A stretch of 64,000 nucleotides of DNA from an uncultured delta proteobacterium (GCA_963705165.1 CAVPJD010000011.1:128001-192000), one strand, 5' to 3'; positions 17,160 through 26,783 are shown, counted from the first letter of the stretch. The notes: a model not told the origin generated them from the sequence alone. Numbers and translations are program-made.

Positions 17160-20100
17160 TTATTGCTGAATCGGCATGAGGAAGCCCTTGCGCACAGGCC
17201 CCGGGCCGGGGCCGAACTGAATGGCAAAATCGTCGAACTCGGCGAAGGTGGCGTCGTTGCCGAAGGCGTGCAGGCCGACCTCGGCCCGGTTCGCCGGGAA
17301 GACAACCCCGCTCTGGGGGGTGTGGAACAGGGCCCCGTCGGGGCTCGCAAAGCGCAGCACGTCGCCGGCGGAGCCCGTGTTTCCCTTCGAGTAGAATCCC
17401 TGCAGGCAGTAGCTACCCGACTGATCCACGCCGTTGACCTTGCAGCTCAGCGACGGGTTTACGTAATCGCCGAAGCGGATGAGGGTGAAATTGTCCGAGG
17501 GAATAGCCGTGCCTTCCGGATTTTCCGGCGGCCACAGGACCGAATTCCGGATGACGGGGTTCCGGTAGTTGTTGAAGGGATCCGTATCGGCTGGGGCATT
17601 GCCCGTCGGGTCCCCCACATACATGAGGACCCAGTTGTCGCGCCTGCGGAAGACCGCATCGCCGGACACGCTCGCCGTTGCCGCCCAGGTCCCGCCGGGG
17701 TGCTCGCCGACAAAGATCTTCGAGGCTGCCGTGAAGGGGGTTGTGGACGGGTTCGATTTCGCATTGCCCTGGATACGCTCCAGCAGGATCACCCCCTGTG
17801 CCGAATTCCCGACCCAGTTGCGGGCACCGGCGCTGGAATCCCTGTACAGGGGGTTGCGGGCCACCCGGTAGACGGCCGTGACCGTTCCCCCCGGCAGGTT
17901 GTCCGCCGTCTGGTACAGCGTTTCCCCGCTCACGATCTCCCGTCCCGACGAGCCGCCCCCGCCCGTGAAGGACACGGACGGCGCCTCGAGGACCCGGGCC
18001 GCGAAGCTCGCCCAGCTCTTCAGGTAGTACGAGACTTGGATCAGCCCGTAGTACTCGTTGCCCGGCACGACCTGGTGGGCCAGCTTCGTGTAGGTGGGCT
18101 CCTGCGCGATCATGGTCGTCGTGCCCGTCCCCCAGTCCGTGATATCCACGAGGCCGGCCCAGTAAGGCTCCGTCTGGTTCAGGGCACCTACGACGTTGCT
18201 GAAAAGGTAGAGATACACGTTGGCGTTGTGCACGACCTTGCGGATGTAGTAATCCCTGCCCGGTATGAGCGGGGGGGGCAGGGCGCCGCCCGAATTCACG
18301 AAACGGACCCGCTCGCCGTTCTCCCAGAAGTACTCCGGGTTGTAGGACTGAATCGCATAGGTCCCCGTGCCGACAGGCGGCGGGTCGTCGAACTTGGTCG
18401 GGGTGGAATGAGGGCTCAGATCGACATAGAGATCGGTTTCCTGTTTTTCGTACCGCTTCATCCAGAACAGCAGCATCGGCGTATAGTCCGGGTATCCGTA
18501 CAGGAAACCGTGCGGGATGCCGTCGTTGTCGCATCCGTACTGGTCATAGCCCGGGACGCCCCTGGCGAAGGTCACGCCCAGGGCATTCCCCTTGTCGTCG
18601 AGGCGGAAGGTGAGCCCGACGCCGTACTTGGCGAAGGGGTTGACCAAGGTATAGAAGGTCTTCATCTCCAGGTCGTAGCTCAGGTAATTGCCGGCGCGGA
18701 GCCATTCCTGCTGGATCGCGGGGTAAACGATTTCGCCCGTCGTAAGGCGCGCGGCGGCCAGGTTCAGCCCTACCTGGAATTCCTTGATCCGAACGCAGTT
18801 TCCCCCGGGGTACGTATAGACGGATTGGGCGGAGCCGACCCTCATCGTCGTGCCGTAGCTCGTCCCGGCCGTCACGGTGCCGATGCGGCTGGTGTCTACC
18901 CCCGTGAGCCAATTCGCAAAATTCGCCATCGTGTCGCTTAACTGATTCTTCAGCGGCTGCTCGGCCCTGGCATACCCGATGGGCGCAGAGTAGGTCACCT
19001 TCCGCTCGACGGCCGCGGCGCCGGAGCCATAGATTCCCGTGGATTCCAGCCGGATGAACTTCATCAGCTCGATGTAATTCTTGTATGTCGGGGAGGCTGT
19101 CTCGGGATTCTTCAGGGTTAGGCTCGTAAGGGGCAGCCCGTTGGGGTCCCCGACGCCCTTGAGCCGCCGGTTCGTGATGTCCAGTTCCCTGTAGGAAAGA
19201 ACGCGGGATTCCCCCGAGGCCAGATTAACGGTAAAGATGCCGTTGCGTGCGGGGAATGCCCTGGCGCCGGATCCTGCCACAAATGGAATGTAATCGATCA
19301 GCCCGTCACCGTCGCCGTCCGTCACGGTCAGGTTCGAAGAGTCGGGCACGGCAACGGGGGTCACCGCGTCCCGATCGGTGATATTTGTCCAGGGATTGCC
19401 CGAAAGGGTCCAGAATCGCACCTCGTTGTAGCCGGCATAGGTGTGAAGGCTGACGCCGGCAATCTGCACGTACTGTTGGCCGCTGCCGTCGGCCTTGCTG
19501 ACCTTGACCCAGCTGCCGTTGTTGTAACTGGTGCCTTCAAGGGGGAACCCGCCGGTTACCCTCGTCCTGAGCTGGTTGCTGTTGATCGGGATCTCCGCGA
19601 CCTTGTAGTAATAGGGGTAGGCATCGATCCGGAATCCGCCGTCGCCCTGGGCCAGGGAAAACGTTTTGCCGTGCAGCTCGGTCTCCAACAGGTTGTCCCG
19701 TGCTGTCTCTCGCGTCGCTTCGTTAGCCCCGCTGACATTGATATATGAACTGGCGGCATACCGGAAGCCCGATTCGGCAAGATAGTAGGCCTTCATGGAG
19801 TTGTTGCCGGCCACCTGGCTCAGGGCCGACGTACCGAACATGCCGATCATGACGGCACCGAGGGCCGAGAAGACCACCATCGCCGCAATCAGGGTCACGA
19901 GCATGGCACCGCGCTGACCCTTCAAACGGGGCGCCCAGCAGCGGGACTTTCGCTGCAGCGCCTTGAGGGCCAAATGGGCAAGCCCCCAGGACAGAAGAAA
20001 GATCACGGGTATCAGGACCGGGCAGTACATGGTCAGGAGGGCAAACCCTGCCAAAGGCGTCACCAGGAGCCGGACAAGGAGACAGGCGATCGGCTTGTCT

Positions 20101-20831
20101 TCAATGGCCGCCGCAAGCGACGGTCCCACCTCATAGTAGTAACGGACAAGGGCCTGTCCGGAAACCGTCTGCAGCAGGTAGCGGTCCCTGAACTGTCTCA
20201 GCACCTCGACAACGGGATGGTCCGCATCGCCGTAAGCGGCCGTGGTTACAAAGCACTGCCTGCCGCTGTATTCCGGGGGCGGGTTCGAGGTTGTGGGAAG
20301 AGAAGCGCCGCCGGAGTTGTTGTTGTTCCTCGGCGAGACGGTCGTGAAGAAGGATACGGTCCCTCCCGTGTCGGGGCGGGACAGAACGATCTGAACGCTC
20401 ACCGCGAAAAGATTCCGGATGTCCTGTCCCAAGCTCCAGAGGCTCACGCCGCTGGACGGGTTGAACATCACGGAAAAGGTCTGCACCCCATCGACCAGAA
20501 TGTCCCCTCCGGAAGACGGACAGGTCGTAGTTGCATAATCGGAGAAAAAATGGACTGCGCTGCCTACTTTCGCAACAGCTCGTCTTCCATAAGGGCTTTC
20601 ATAAACAACGCATGTGCTGTTTGCATCTTTGATCCCTGACAGTTCAATGAATTCCCTGTTGAGCCGGCCCAAGGCAACCTGGGCCTTCTGCGTGATGGCA
20701 TTGTTCTCCCTGGCAAAGAGATAGCTCCTTGTGGCCGTGGTCACGGCTGTGCCGGAGATCGCCGCAATCAGTCCCACGAGGACGAGCGAAACCATGATCT
20801 CGATGAGGGTGAAGCCCGCCTTTTTTCTCAT
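17160..20831 (-). CDS. Giant prepilin fusion: PilW/MshO-like pilin + CFI-box-CTERM + PilX/MshP-like pilin + large adhesin-like region
   Basis: N-terminal KKAG/FTLIE; aa 193 CFVTTAAYG...LRQFRDRYLL...YYEVGP; aa 308 QRG/AMLVTLIAAMVVFSALG...KAYYLAESGFRYA; about 900 aa G/T/N/Y-rich remainder. Confidence 0.85.
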   Translation of the reverse strand: MRKKAGFTLIEIMVSLVLVGLIAAISGTAVTTATRSYLFARENNAITQKAQVALGRLNREFIELSGIKDANSTCVVYESPYGRRAVAKVGSAVHFFSDYATTTCPSSGGDILVDGVQTFSVMFNPSSGVSLWSLGQDIRNLFAVSVQIVLSRPDTGGTVSFFTTVSPRNNNNSGGASLPTTSNPPPEYSGRQCFVTTAAYGDADHPVVEVLRQFRDRYLLQTVSGQALVRYYYEVGPSLAAAIEDKPIACLLVRLLVTPLAGFALLTMYCPVLIPVIFLLSWGLAHLALKALQRKSRCWAPRLKGQRGAMLVTLIAAMVVFSALGAVMIGMFGTSALSQVAGNNSMKAYYLAESGFRYAASSYINVSGANEATRETARDNLLETELHGKTFSLAQGDGGFRIDAYPYYYKVAEIPINSNQLRTRVTGGFPLEGTSYNNGSWVKVSKADGSGQQYVQIAGVSLHTYAGYNEVRFWTLSGNPWTNITDRDAVTPVAVPDSSNLTVTDGDGDGLIDYIPFVAGSGARAFPARNGIFTVNLASGESRVLSYRELDITNRRLKGVGDPNGLPLTSLTLKNPETASPTYKNYIELMKFIRLESTGIYGSGAAAVERKVTYSAPIGYARAEQPLKNQLSDTMANFANWLTGVDTSRIGTVTAGTSYGTTMRVGSAQSVYTYPGGNCVRIKEFQVGLNLAAARLTTGEIVYPAIQQEWLRAGNYLSYDLEMKTFYTLVNPFAKYGVGLTFRLDDKGNALGVTFARGVPGYDQYGCDNDGIPHGFLYGYPDYTPMLLFWMKRYEKQETDLYVDLSPHSTPTKFDDPPPVGTGTYAIQSYNPEYFWENGERVRFVNSGGALPPPLIPGRDYYIRKVVHNANVYLYLFSNVVGALNQTEPYWAGLVDITDWGTGTTTMIAQEPTYTKLAHQVVPGNEYYGLIQVSYYLKSWASFAARVLEAPSVSFTGGGGSSGREIVSGETLYQTADNLPGGTVTAVYRVARNPLYRDSSAGARNWVGNSAQGVILLERIQGNAKSNPSTTPFTAASKIFVGEHPGGTWAATASVSGDAVFRRRDNWVLMYVGDPTGNAPADTDPFNNYRNPVIRNSVLWPPENPEGTAIPSDNFTLIRFGDYVNPSLSCKVNGVDQSGSYCLQGFYSKGNTGSAGDVLRFASPDGALFHTPQSGVVFPANRAEVGLHAFGNDATFAEFDDFAIQFGPGPGPVRKGFLMPIQQ

Positions 20832-20851
20832 GCTTCGTTCTCCCGCAAATC

Positions 20852-21328
20852 CTATCGTGTAAAAAGTGCCGTGGCCACCTGGTCGCCGCGGCGGATCGTC
20901 ACCTTGAGCACACTGCCCGATATCTGGTTCGGGTCATCCTCCTCGACCCGGGAGGCATTGAACCGGACGTATTTGTTGCAGACAATATCGTAGGCGCCAT
21001 AGTGGGGATTTCCTTCGTAGCCCGTCGGTTTCGTCGCCAGATTCCCATAGGCGACATAGTCCTTGAAAATGGCCAGGAAGTTCGTCTGCGTGGCGGCGAG
21101 CCTCTTGTAGTCCGCCGTCATGTACTCCATGACGTGGGTGGCGCCGGAAAGGTTCTGCAGCCGATAAACAGGGTCGGTGCTGTGGATGACGCTCGTGCCG
21201 ACGAACTGGGCGAAGAAAACCCCCATGATGGCGGCGATCACGATCGTGACAATGACCTCCAGCAACGTGAACCCGCCCTGCCCGTGGCCTGTCCGGGACT
21301 TTCGGAAATGGTGAGTTCGCCTTTTCAT
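20852..21328 (-). CDS. Minor pilin (PilV/MshD-like)
   Basis: GQGG/FTLLEVIVTIVIAAIMG class III signal; C-terminal LKVTIR. Confidence 0.85.
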   Translation of the reverse strand: MKRRTHHFRKSRTGHGQGGFTLLEVIVTIVIAAIMGVFFAQFVGTSVIHSTDPVYRLQNLSGATHVMEYMTADYKRLAATQTNFLAIFKDYVAYGNLATKPTGYEGNPHYGAYDIVCNKYVRFNASRVEEDDPNQISGSVLKVTIRRGDQVATALFTR

Positions 21329-21350
21329 GTCGCCTGCACCTCCCGCGCGA

Positions 21351-21839
21351 TCAGGGGATGAACCCGGTGTTTTTCGTCACGGTAATGGATGGCAACGCGC
21401 TTCCGCCCCCCTTGGGTTGAACGGTAATAGAGGGTATCACGCTGCTGCCGGGACTGCCGAATTGATCAAAGGTTATCTTGTTGCCGGGGGGTAGGCTCAC
21501 CTGGATGCCGCTGAGTTCCATGACCCCGTCTGCCGATTCGACACCGGGCAGGCGGATGACCGTATTTTCGTCTGGGTCCTTGAAAAGCCAGTATCTTGTC
21601 GACGACCCGAACTTGACCCCCCAGCTGCTTTCTGAATTCATGGCCCGCGACTGGGCATACCGCAGGTGATTCTTGAGGAGCTCCATCTCGGCACTTTGGG
21701 AGGGCGCATCTCCGGAAAAGAGCCTCGTGGCGGCAAAATAGGAAATGACCCCCAGGATCAAGAGCACCATGACGACCTCGAAGAGGGTGAACCCGCGCTG
21801 CCCGCCGAATCGTCTTCTTCTTTGAATCGCTCTATGCAT
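21351..21839 (-). CDS. Minor pilin (FimT/FimU/MshC-like)
   Basis: QRG/FTLFEVVMVLLILG, HLRYAQSRAM, ITFDQFGSP, VTKNTGFI. Confidence 0.88.
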   Translation of the reverse strand: MHRAIQRRRRFGGQRGFTLFEVVMVLLILGVISYFAATRLFSGDAPSQSAEMELLKNHLRYAQSRAMNSESSWGVKFGSSTRYWLFKDPDENTVIRLPGVESADGVMELSGIQVSLPPGNKITFDQFGSPGSSVIPSITVQPKGGGSALPSITVTKNTGFIP

Positions 21840-22533
21840 ACCGTTTCCCGCAGTTCTGAATGGTCCGGATCAGGAAAAAGCCCGTCGGCAACCCGATGAG
21901 CGCAGAGAGCAGTGACATAAAGGCCGAAACCGGGATATCCCACTCCAGGGATACGAAGATCCCGTTCAGAAGGGCAAAACCGAGGTAGACAAGGGCGCCG
22001 ATGCGGGCCACGCGCAAGGCCAGCTTCCCGTCCTTCATCAGATAGAAGCCTATCGCCACCATGCACCCGGCCGTGACAAGCGCGATCTGCGGCTGCCAGC
22101 GGACCCAGCCCGGCATGGCCAGAGACGCACCCAGCTTGTGCAGGCCGACCATCAGAATAACGCCGAGGATGGCATAGAAAACGCCTACCATGATGAAGTA
22201 AAAAGAACACTCCTGCCCCGACACCGGGGAGCGAAGTGCATTCAGCGGATGGAAGCTGACCTCGTGGGGCCTCAATAGAACCTCGCCGAGAACCTTCCAC
22301 AGAGATGGCCGATGGGCCCGGATGCGGGACATGACTCGTTCTTCAAGGCCTGCCGGCGGATCGAGTGAAGGCTCTTCGCGCATCATCCAGGCGATTGCGT
22401 CGAGCTCATTACTATGGGATTCCGGTTCACCGGCCTCCGGAGAAGGTCCCTGCCCATCAATCTCCCCGATTATTTTTTCTATATTTTGATCAGAGTCCAA
22501 GTTTCTTACCCTCTTACCCTCACACCTTCTCAT
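21832..22533 (-). CDS. Putative membrane anti-sigma factor
   Basis: Follows the ECF gene; LDPPAGLEERVMSRI motif typical of anti-sigma N-domains, then four hydrophobic helices. True start may be TTG near 22500 because the first codons are an 8-mer repeat array. Confidence 0.7.
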   Translation of the reverse strand: MRRCEGKRVRNLDSDQNIEKIIGEIDGQGPSPEAGEPESHSNELDAIAWMMREEPSLDPPAGLEERVMSRIRAHRPSLWKVLGEVLLRPHEVSFHPLNALRSPVSGQECSFYFIMVGVFYAILGVILMVGLHKLGASLAMPGWVRWQPQIALVTAGCMVAIGFYLMKDGKLALRVARIGALVYLGFALLNGIFVSLEWDIPVSAFMSLLSALIGLPTGFFLIRTIQNCGKRYA

Positions 22534-23102
22534 CTTCTCGCTTCGTCATCGGCGAACCCGTCTTCTTCCATCATCGCCCGAATCTTCTCAAGGCCCCGGT
22601 AAACCTTCATCTTGGCGCTGCTGAGTGAATCCCCCGTCACAGAGGCGATGTCCTCGAAACTCAGCCCCTCGTAGAAGCGCAGGACCAAGGCCTCCCGGAC
22701 CGGCACGGGCATCCTCAGCAGGTAACTTTGGAGCCGCCGGCCCCGCTCCCGGCCGATGGCCGCATCGGCCGCGTCGCCGCTGGGGTCTGTCGCATCCGGC
22801 ATGCCCTTTTCGGTTGCTTCCTCAGGCAGGGCCTTCACCTTGCGGAGATGATTCCGGATCACGTTCAGACTCACCGTGTACAGCCAGGGGAAGAATCGCT
22901 CCCCTGCCCTGAAGCGCCCCAGGGACTGAAAGGCCCGCAGGAAACTCTCCTGGGTCAGGTCGTCGGCATCCTGGGTGCTTCCCGTCATGCGGAAGGCCAG
23001 ACTGAAGACCGGCCCCTTATAGGCATCGACCAGAACAGCAAAGGCCTCTCGGTCTCCCCCGAGGACGCGGCCGATGATCTCTCCTTCGTCGATCTGTTTC
23101 AT
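22530..23102 (-). CDS. ECF RNA polymerase sigma factor
   Basis: GDREAFAVLV, DADDLTQESFLRAF, FFPWLYTVSLN, REALVLRFYEGLSFEDIA, KMKVYRG. Confidence 0.94.
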   Translation of the reverse strand: MKQIDEGEIIGRVLGGDREAFAVLVDAYKGPVFSLAFRMTGSTQDADDLTQESFLRAFQSLGRFRAGERFFPWLYTVSLNVIRNHLRKVKALPEEATEKGMPDATDPSGDAADAAIGRERGRRLQSYLLRMPVPVREALVLRFYEGLSFEDIASVTGDSLSSAKMKVYRGLEKIRAMMEEDGFADDEARR

Positions 23103-23247
23103 ATACAAATCGGACCGGCAAAAAGTCACATTATTTATGCATCTTCCATGACAAGCAGCAGAGCCTTTCTGCCTTTTTAGTCGATTATCGCCATGGAGGA
23201 AAGCTTTTTATAAACGGGAATAGATTGATGCTTTTCGATTTTTATTA

Positions 23248-23280
23248 CCTTAAGCCTTATGCCTTATGCCTTTAGCCTTG
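23248..23280. repeat. Heptamer array (CCTTATG-like)
   Basis: ccttaag ccttatg ccttatg cctttag ccttg. Confidence 0.7.
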
Positions 23281-23285
23281 CTTTA

Positions 23286-23301
23286 TGGCATATTAGTTGA
23301 A
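23286..23301 (+). promoter_or_regulatory. Possible variant sigma-54 promoter for the glycosylation cluster
   Basis: TGGCATATTAGTTGAA: good -24 element and spacing but GA instead of GC at -12. Confidence 0.35.
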
Positions 23302-23367
23302 TAATGAACAAGGTCGGCCGTCAGCAAGCACAGGGTATCGAGCAACCTGTCGGCACTTTTTCCAAGG

Positions 23368-24306
23368 ATGGAACCCGAACCGGTGCCAGCAGCTAAGGAA
23401 TCCCCCATCGAAATCAGCATCATTCTGCCCGCCTTCCAGGAGGAGCAGGGGATCCCGCCCCTGCTGATGCAGATAGGGGCCGTCATGGCAAAAATGAGGC
23501 GGCCCTATGAGCTCCTCGTTGTCGACGACGGCTCCATCGACGGGACGGCCGCAAGGGCCCGCGAGGCCGGGGCCCGGGTCATCTCGCATCCCTACAACAT
23601 CGGAAACGGGGCTGCCGTGAAAACGGGCATCCGCGAGGCCCGGGGCCGGGTGATCGTGATGATGGACGCCGACGGACAGCACGAACCGGCCGACATCCCA
23701 CGGCTCATCGAGCATCTCGGATCCCACGATATGGTCGTGGGGGCCCGCACGAGGGAATCCGAGACCAGTCTCCACCGCGATCTGGCCAACAAGGTGTACA
23801 ACTGGTTTGCCTCCTACATCTGCAACCGAAAAATTGAAGACCTGACGTCAGGCTTCCGGGCGATCAAGGCCGATGCGGCCCGGGCTTTTCTCTACCTGCT
23901 GCCGAACACTTACTCCTACCCGACGACGCTCACCCTGGCCATTGTCCGCTCCGGCCGGAGCCTGAAGTACATTCCCGTGAGAACGGTGCGGCGGGTCGGC
24001 CGAAGCAAGATCCGGCTCTTCCGGGACGGCACCCGGTTTTTCTTCATCATCCTGAAAATCGCGACCCTCTTTTCGCCCATGAAGGTGTTTCTGCCGGTGA
24101 GCGCGCTCATGTTTCTGACGGGTGTGGGGTACGGATTTATCAGGATCTTCTTTTTCGACACCCGGTACGGCCCCACGTCCGCCATGCTGATTACCATGTC
24201 CGTCGTGGTGTTCATGGTCGGGCTCGTCTCCGAGCAGGTGGCCCAGCTGCGATTTGACCGGAGTGAACCGATCCGGGGCCCGCAGGACGGAAAGGAGGGG
24301 CCCTGA
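23368..24306 (+). CDS. GT2 glycosyltransferase, polyprenol-phosphate sugar synthase (DPM1-like)
   Basis: IILPAFQE, VVDDGSIDGT, NIGNGAA, MDADGQH, DLTSGFRA, two C-terminal TM helices. Confidence 0.9.
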   Translation: MEPEPVPAAKESPIEISIILPAFQEEQGIPPLLMQIGAVMAKMRRPYELLVVDDGSIDGTAARAREAGARVISHPYNIGNGAAVKTGIREARGRVIVMMDADGQHEPADIPRLIEHLGSHDMVVGARTRESETSLHRDLANKVYNWFASYICNRKIEDLTSGFRAIKADAARAFLYLLPNTYSYPTTLTLAIVRSGRSLKYIPVRTVRRVGRSKIRLFRDGTRFFFIILKIATLFSPMKVFLPVSALMFLTGVGYGFIRIFFFDTRYGPTSAMLITMSVVVFMVGLVSEQVAQLRFDRSEPIRGPQDGKEGP

Positions 24307-24325
24307 GAGGCCCGGTGTTCGCCAG

Positions 24326-25435
24326 ATGATCCATATCTTCATCGGAACGAAGGCCCAGTTCATCAAAATGGCTCCCGTGATGATGGAGATGAATCGTCGC
24401 GGGATGCCTTACCATCTCATCGAGACGGGGCAGCACGCCGCACTCACCGCCGACCTGATCGAGGAGTTTGGTCTACGGGGATCCGACACGCGCCTGAGGA
24501 CCGAATCGACCAACATCGCAACAATCGGCCAGGCTGCCCTCTGGACGTCGAAGACATTCCTTCACCTTTTATCGTCGCCGGAAGTCATAACGGGGGAAAT
24601 TTTCCGCGGTGAGAGCAGGGGGATTTGCCTGATCCACGGCGATACCCTGACCACACTCTTCTCGCTTCTCTATGCCAGGCGCTGCGGGATCCCCGTTGCC
24701 CACGTGGAAGCGGGCCTCAGGAGCTTTCACCTTCTCGATCCCTTCCCGGAGGAGCTGATCCGGCTGGCTGTCATGCGGTACAGCGACATCCTGTTCGCTC
24801 CATCGGACTGGGCGATGGGAAATCTCTCCAGGATGGGTTATGGGGACAAATCGATCACTGTCCGCGGCAATACCGTGGTGGACACGATCCGCTTCGCTCG
24901 TGCCCGTTACAGCGGGAAGGACAGGCCGGGCGTGCCTTACGTCGTCGTCACGATCCACCGCGTGGAAACCCTCTATTCGTCAACCCGCATGAATACGGTC
25001 ATCACGTTCCTCGAGGAGATCGCGAAGCAGCGCCAGGTGCTCTTCGTCCTCCACGAGCCGACGCGCAAGCAGCTCGAGCGGCGCAAACTTCTCGCCCGCC
25101 TGCAGCGAAACAGCCGCGTCGAAATGATGCCCCTGCAGCCCTACCTGAAATTCCTGGATCTCCTGGCGGGCGCCGAATTCGCGGTTACCGACGGCGGCAG
25201 CATCCAGGAGGAATGCTACAGCCTTAATATCCCCTGTCTCATCATGCGGGCCAAGACGGAACGTATGGAGGGGCTGGGTGAAAACGCGATGCTTGCCGGT
25301 TTCTCCCGGGAACGATTTGAGGATTTCCTGAAAGCCCTGCCGGGTCTCAAGCGGCGGGGAGCAGACGACGAGGGCGTATCCCCCTCGAGCATCATCGTGG
25401 ATCACCTGGAGAAATATCTGGAGCGTCATGGCTGA
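24326..25435 (+). CDS. wecB: UDP-N-acetylglucosamine 2-epimerase (non-hydrolysing family, divergent)
   Basis: GTKAQFIKMAPV, TGQH, HGDTLTT, HVEAGLRS, PFPEE, TIHRVE, TDGGSIQEE, TERMEG. Confidence 0.88.
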   Translation: MIHIFIGTKAQFIKMAPVMMEMNRRGMPYHLIETGQHAALTADLIEEFGLRGSDTRLRTESTNIATIGQAALWTSKTFLHLLSSPEVITGEIFRGESRGICLIHGDTLTTLFSLLYARRCGIPVAHVEAGLRSFHLLDPFPEELIRLAVMRYSDILFAPSDWAMGNLSRMGYGDKSITVRGNTVVDTIRFARARYSGKDRPGVPYVVVTIHRVETLYSSTRMNTVITFLEEIAKQRQVLFVLHEPTRKQLERRKLLARLQRNSRVEMMPLQPYLKFLDLLAGAEFAVTDGGSIQEECYSLNIPCLIMRAKTERMEGLGENAMLAGFSRERFEDFLKALPGLKRRGADDEGVSPSSIIVDHLEKYLERHG

Positions 25436-26402
25436 GCCCCTTACCCATTTCTCCGTGATCGTACCCGTGTACAACGGCGCGGAGACCCTCGACGCCTGCC
25501 TGACGGCGCTCATGGAGCAGAATTACCCGAGAGAGCGCTTCGAGGTCATCGTGGTGGACGACGGGTCGACGGATGATACGGCACAGATCGCGATAAAGTT
25601 CGGCGTGCGATTGATCAGTCTGGGATCCAACCAGGGGAGAATTGTGGCGCGCAACACAGGGGCTCAAGCGGCCCGATTCGAGACCCTGATCTTCAACGAC
25701 GCACGGGTCACGCCCGAGCGGGAGCTTCTGGCGAAGATTGGCAGGCTCGATTACGAGCCGCTCATTCCCGACATCCGGGATTTTGACGACAGCCGCTGGG
25801 GCCTTCCCCGGTTCTTCTATCTGCTGCGTTGCAGGCTCTACGCCCCCTATTACCCCCTCTCAAAGGATCGGGGCGACTTCTGGATCACAACGGAGAATTT
25901 CGACCGGGCACCCAAGGGGACGGGCTGCTTCGTCTGCAGCCGCGGGCGCTGGATCGCGAACCAGCCGGAAACGTCCGACCGGGAAACGAGCGATGACACC
26001 CGAATTCTGAGAAAGATTGTCGCGACGAAACCGATTCTGCGCACCTTCGCTGCATCAGCCCGTTATCAGCAGAGGACCGGCTTCCTGGCCGTTGTTGCGC
26101 ACACGTTCCGACGGGGGCCCCTCTTCGCAGATTATTACCTGCGGCCGGGGGGTCGCTACTTTGTTCTATATGCCGGGCTCTGGGGATTCATTCTCCTGTC
26201 GCTGCTGCTGGCCGGACTGAATCCTTGGTATGGGGTGCTCTCTGCAGGTTTGACTCTCACCGCCCTTGCGGCCGCCACCATCTATCTTAGCCGGCGCTGG
26301 AGCGACATTCTTGTTGCGGCCGTCTGTCTGCCCGCCGTCGCGGCTGCCTTCGGCTTGGGAATTCTCAAGTGGCAACTCCGCCAGCTGTTCAAGAAGGGGT
26401 AA
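25428..26402 (+). CDS. GT2 glycosyltransferase with C-terminal TM helices
   Basis: SVIVPVYNG, VVDDGSTDDT, ARNTG, hydrophobic C-terminus. Confidence 0.88.
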   Translation: MAEPLTHFSVIVPVYNGAETLDACLTALMEQNYPRERFEVIVVDDGSTDDTAQIAIKFGVRLISLGSNQGRIVARNTGAQAARFETLIFNDARVTPERELLAKIGRLDYEPLIPDIRDFDDSRWGLPRFFYLLRCRLYAPYYPLSKDRGDFWITTENFDRAPKGTGCFVCSRGRWIANQPETSDRETSDDTRILRKIVATKPILRTFAASARYQQRTGFLAVVAHTFRRGPLFADYYLRPGGRYFVLYAGLWGFILLSLLLAGLNPWYGVLSAGLTLTALAAATIYLSRRWSDILVAAVCLPAVAAAFGLGILKWQLRQLFKKG

Positions 26403-26783
26403 CCGGTGACTGCGAGAAATGCCTATGCAGATGATATAAGCAGTGGCACCTGCGCCGTCATCTCTTTCTCGAACGATGTGCTTTACGGATTCCCGGCTAT
26501 CGCGCCATACTGCCGTCCCACTGTCAGGCAGAAGCTGATTTCTCCGCGGATTAGAACTTTTTCCGGCAGATCGATCGCTTTCTCTCAGGAGCCAATATGA
26601 AGGTAACAGCGTATACAACGCATATGAATACATGCGATGGGGTATCGGTCTGTTGGGCTGTTGCGGTTCCTGATCATGCTCGAGACGAAACAATGATCGC
26701 GATGCGGCAGGTACGCGAGTAAATCGACGGGAGACTTTTAACTCGCCGGTCAAATGCAGTTTGACCTCTGGTTTACAGGGACA

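Noticed and set aside
19900..19930. Independent start (TTG or ATG) for the second pilin inside the giant ORF
   Set aside because: No SD-like sequence upstream of the TTG, and the ATG lies after the cleavage Gly; not fully excluded without proteomics
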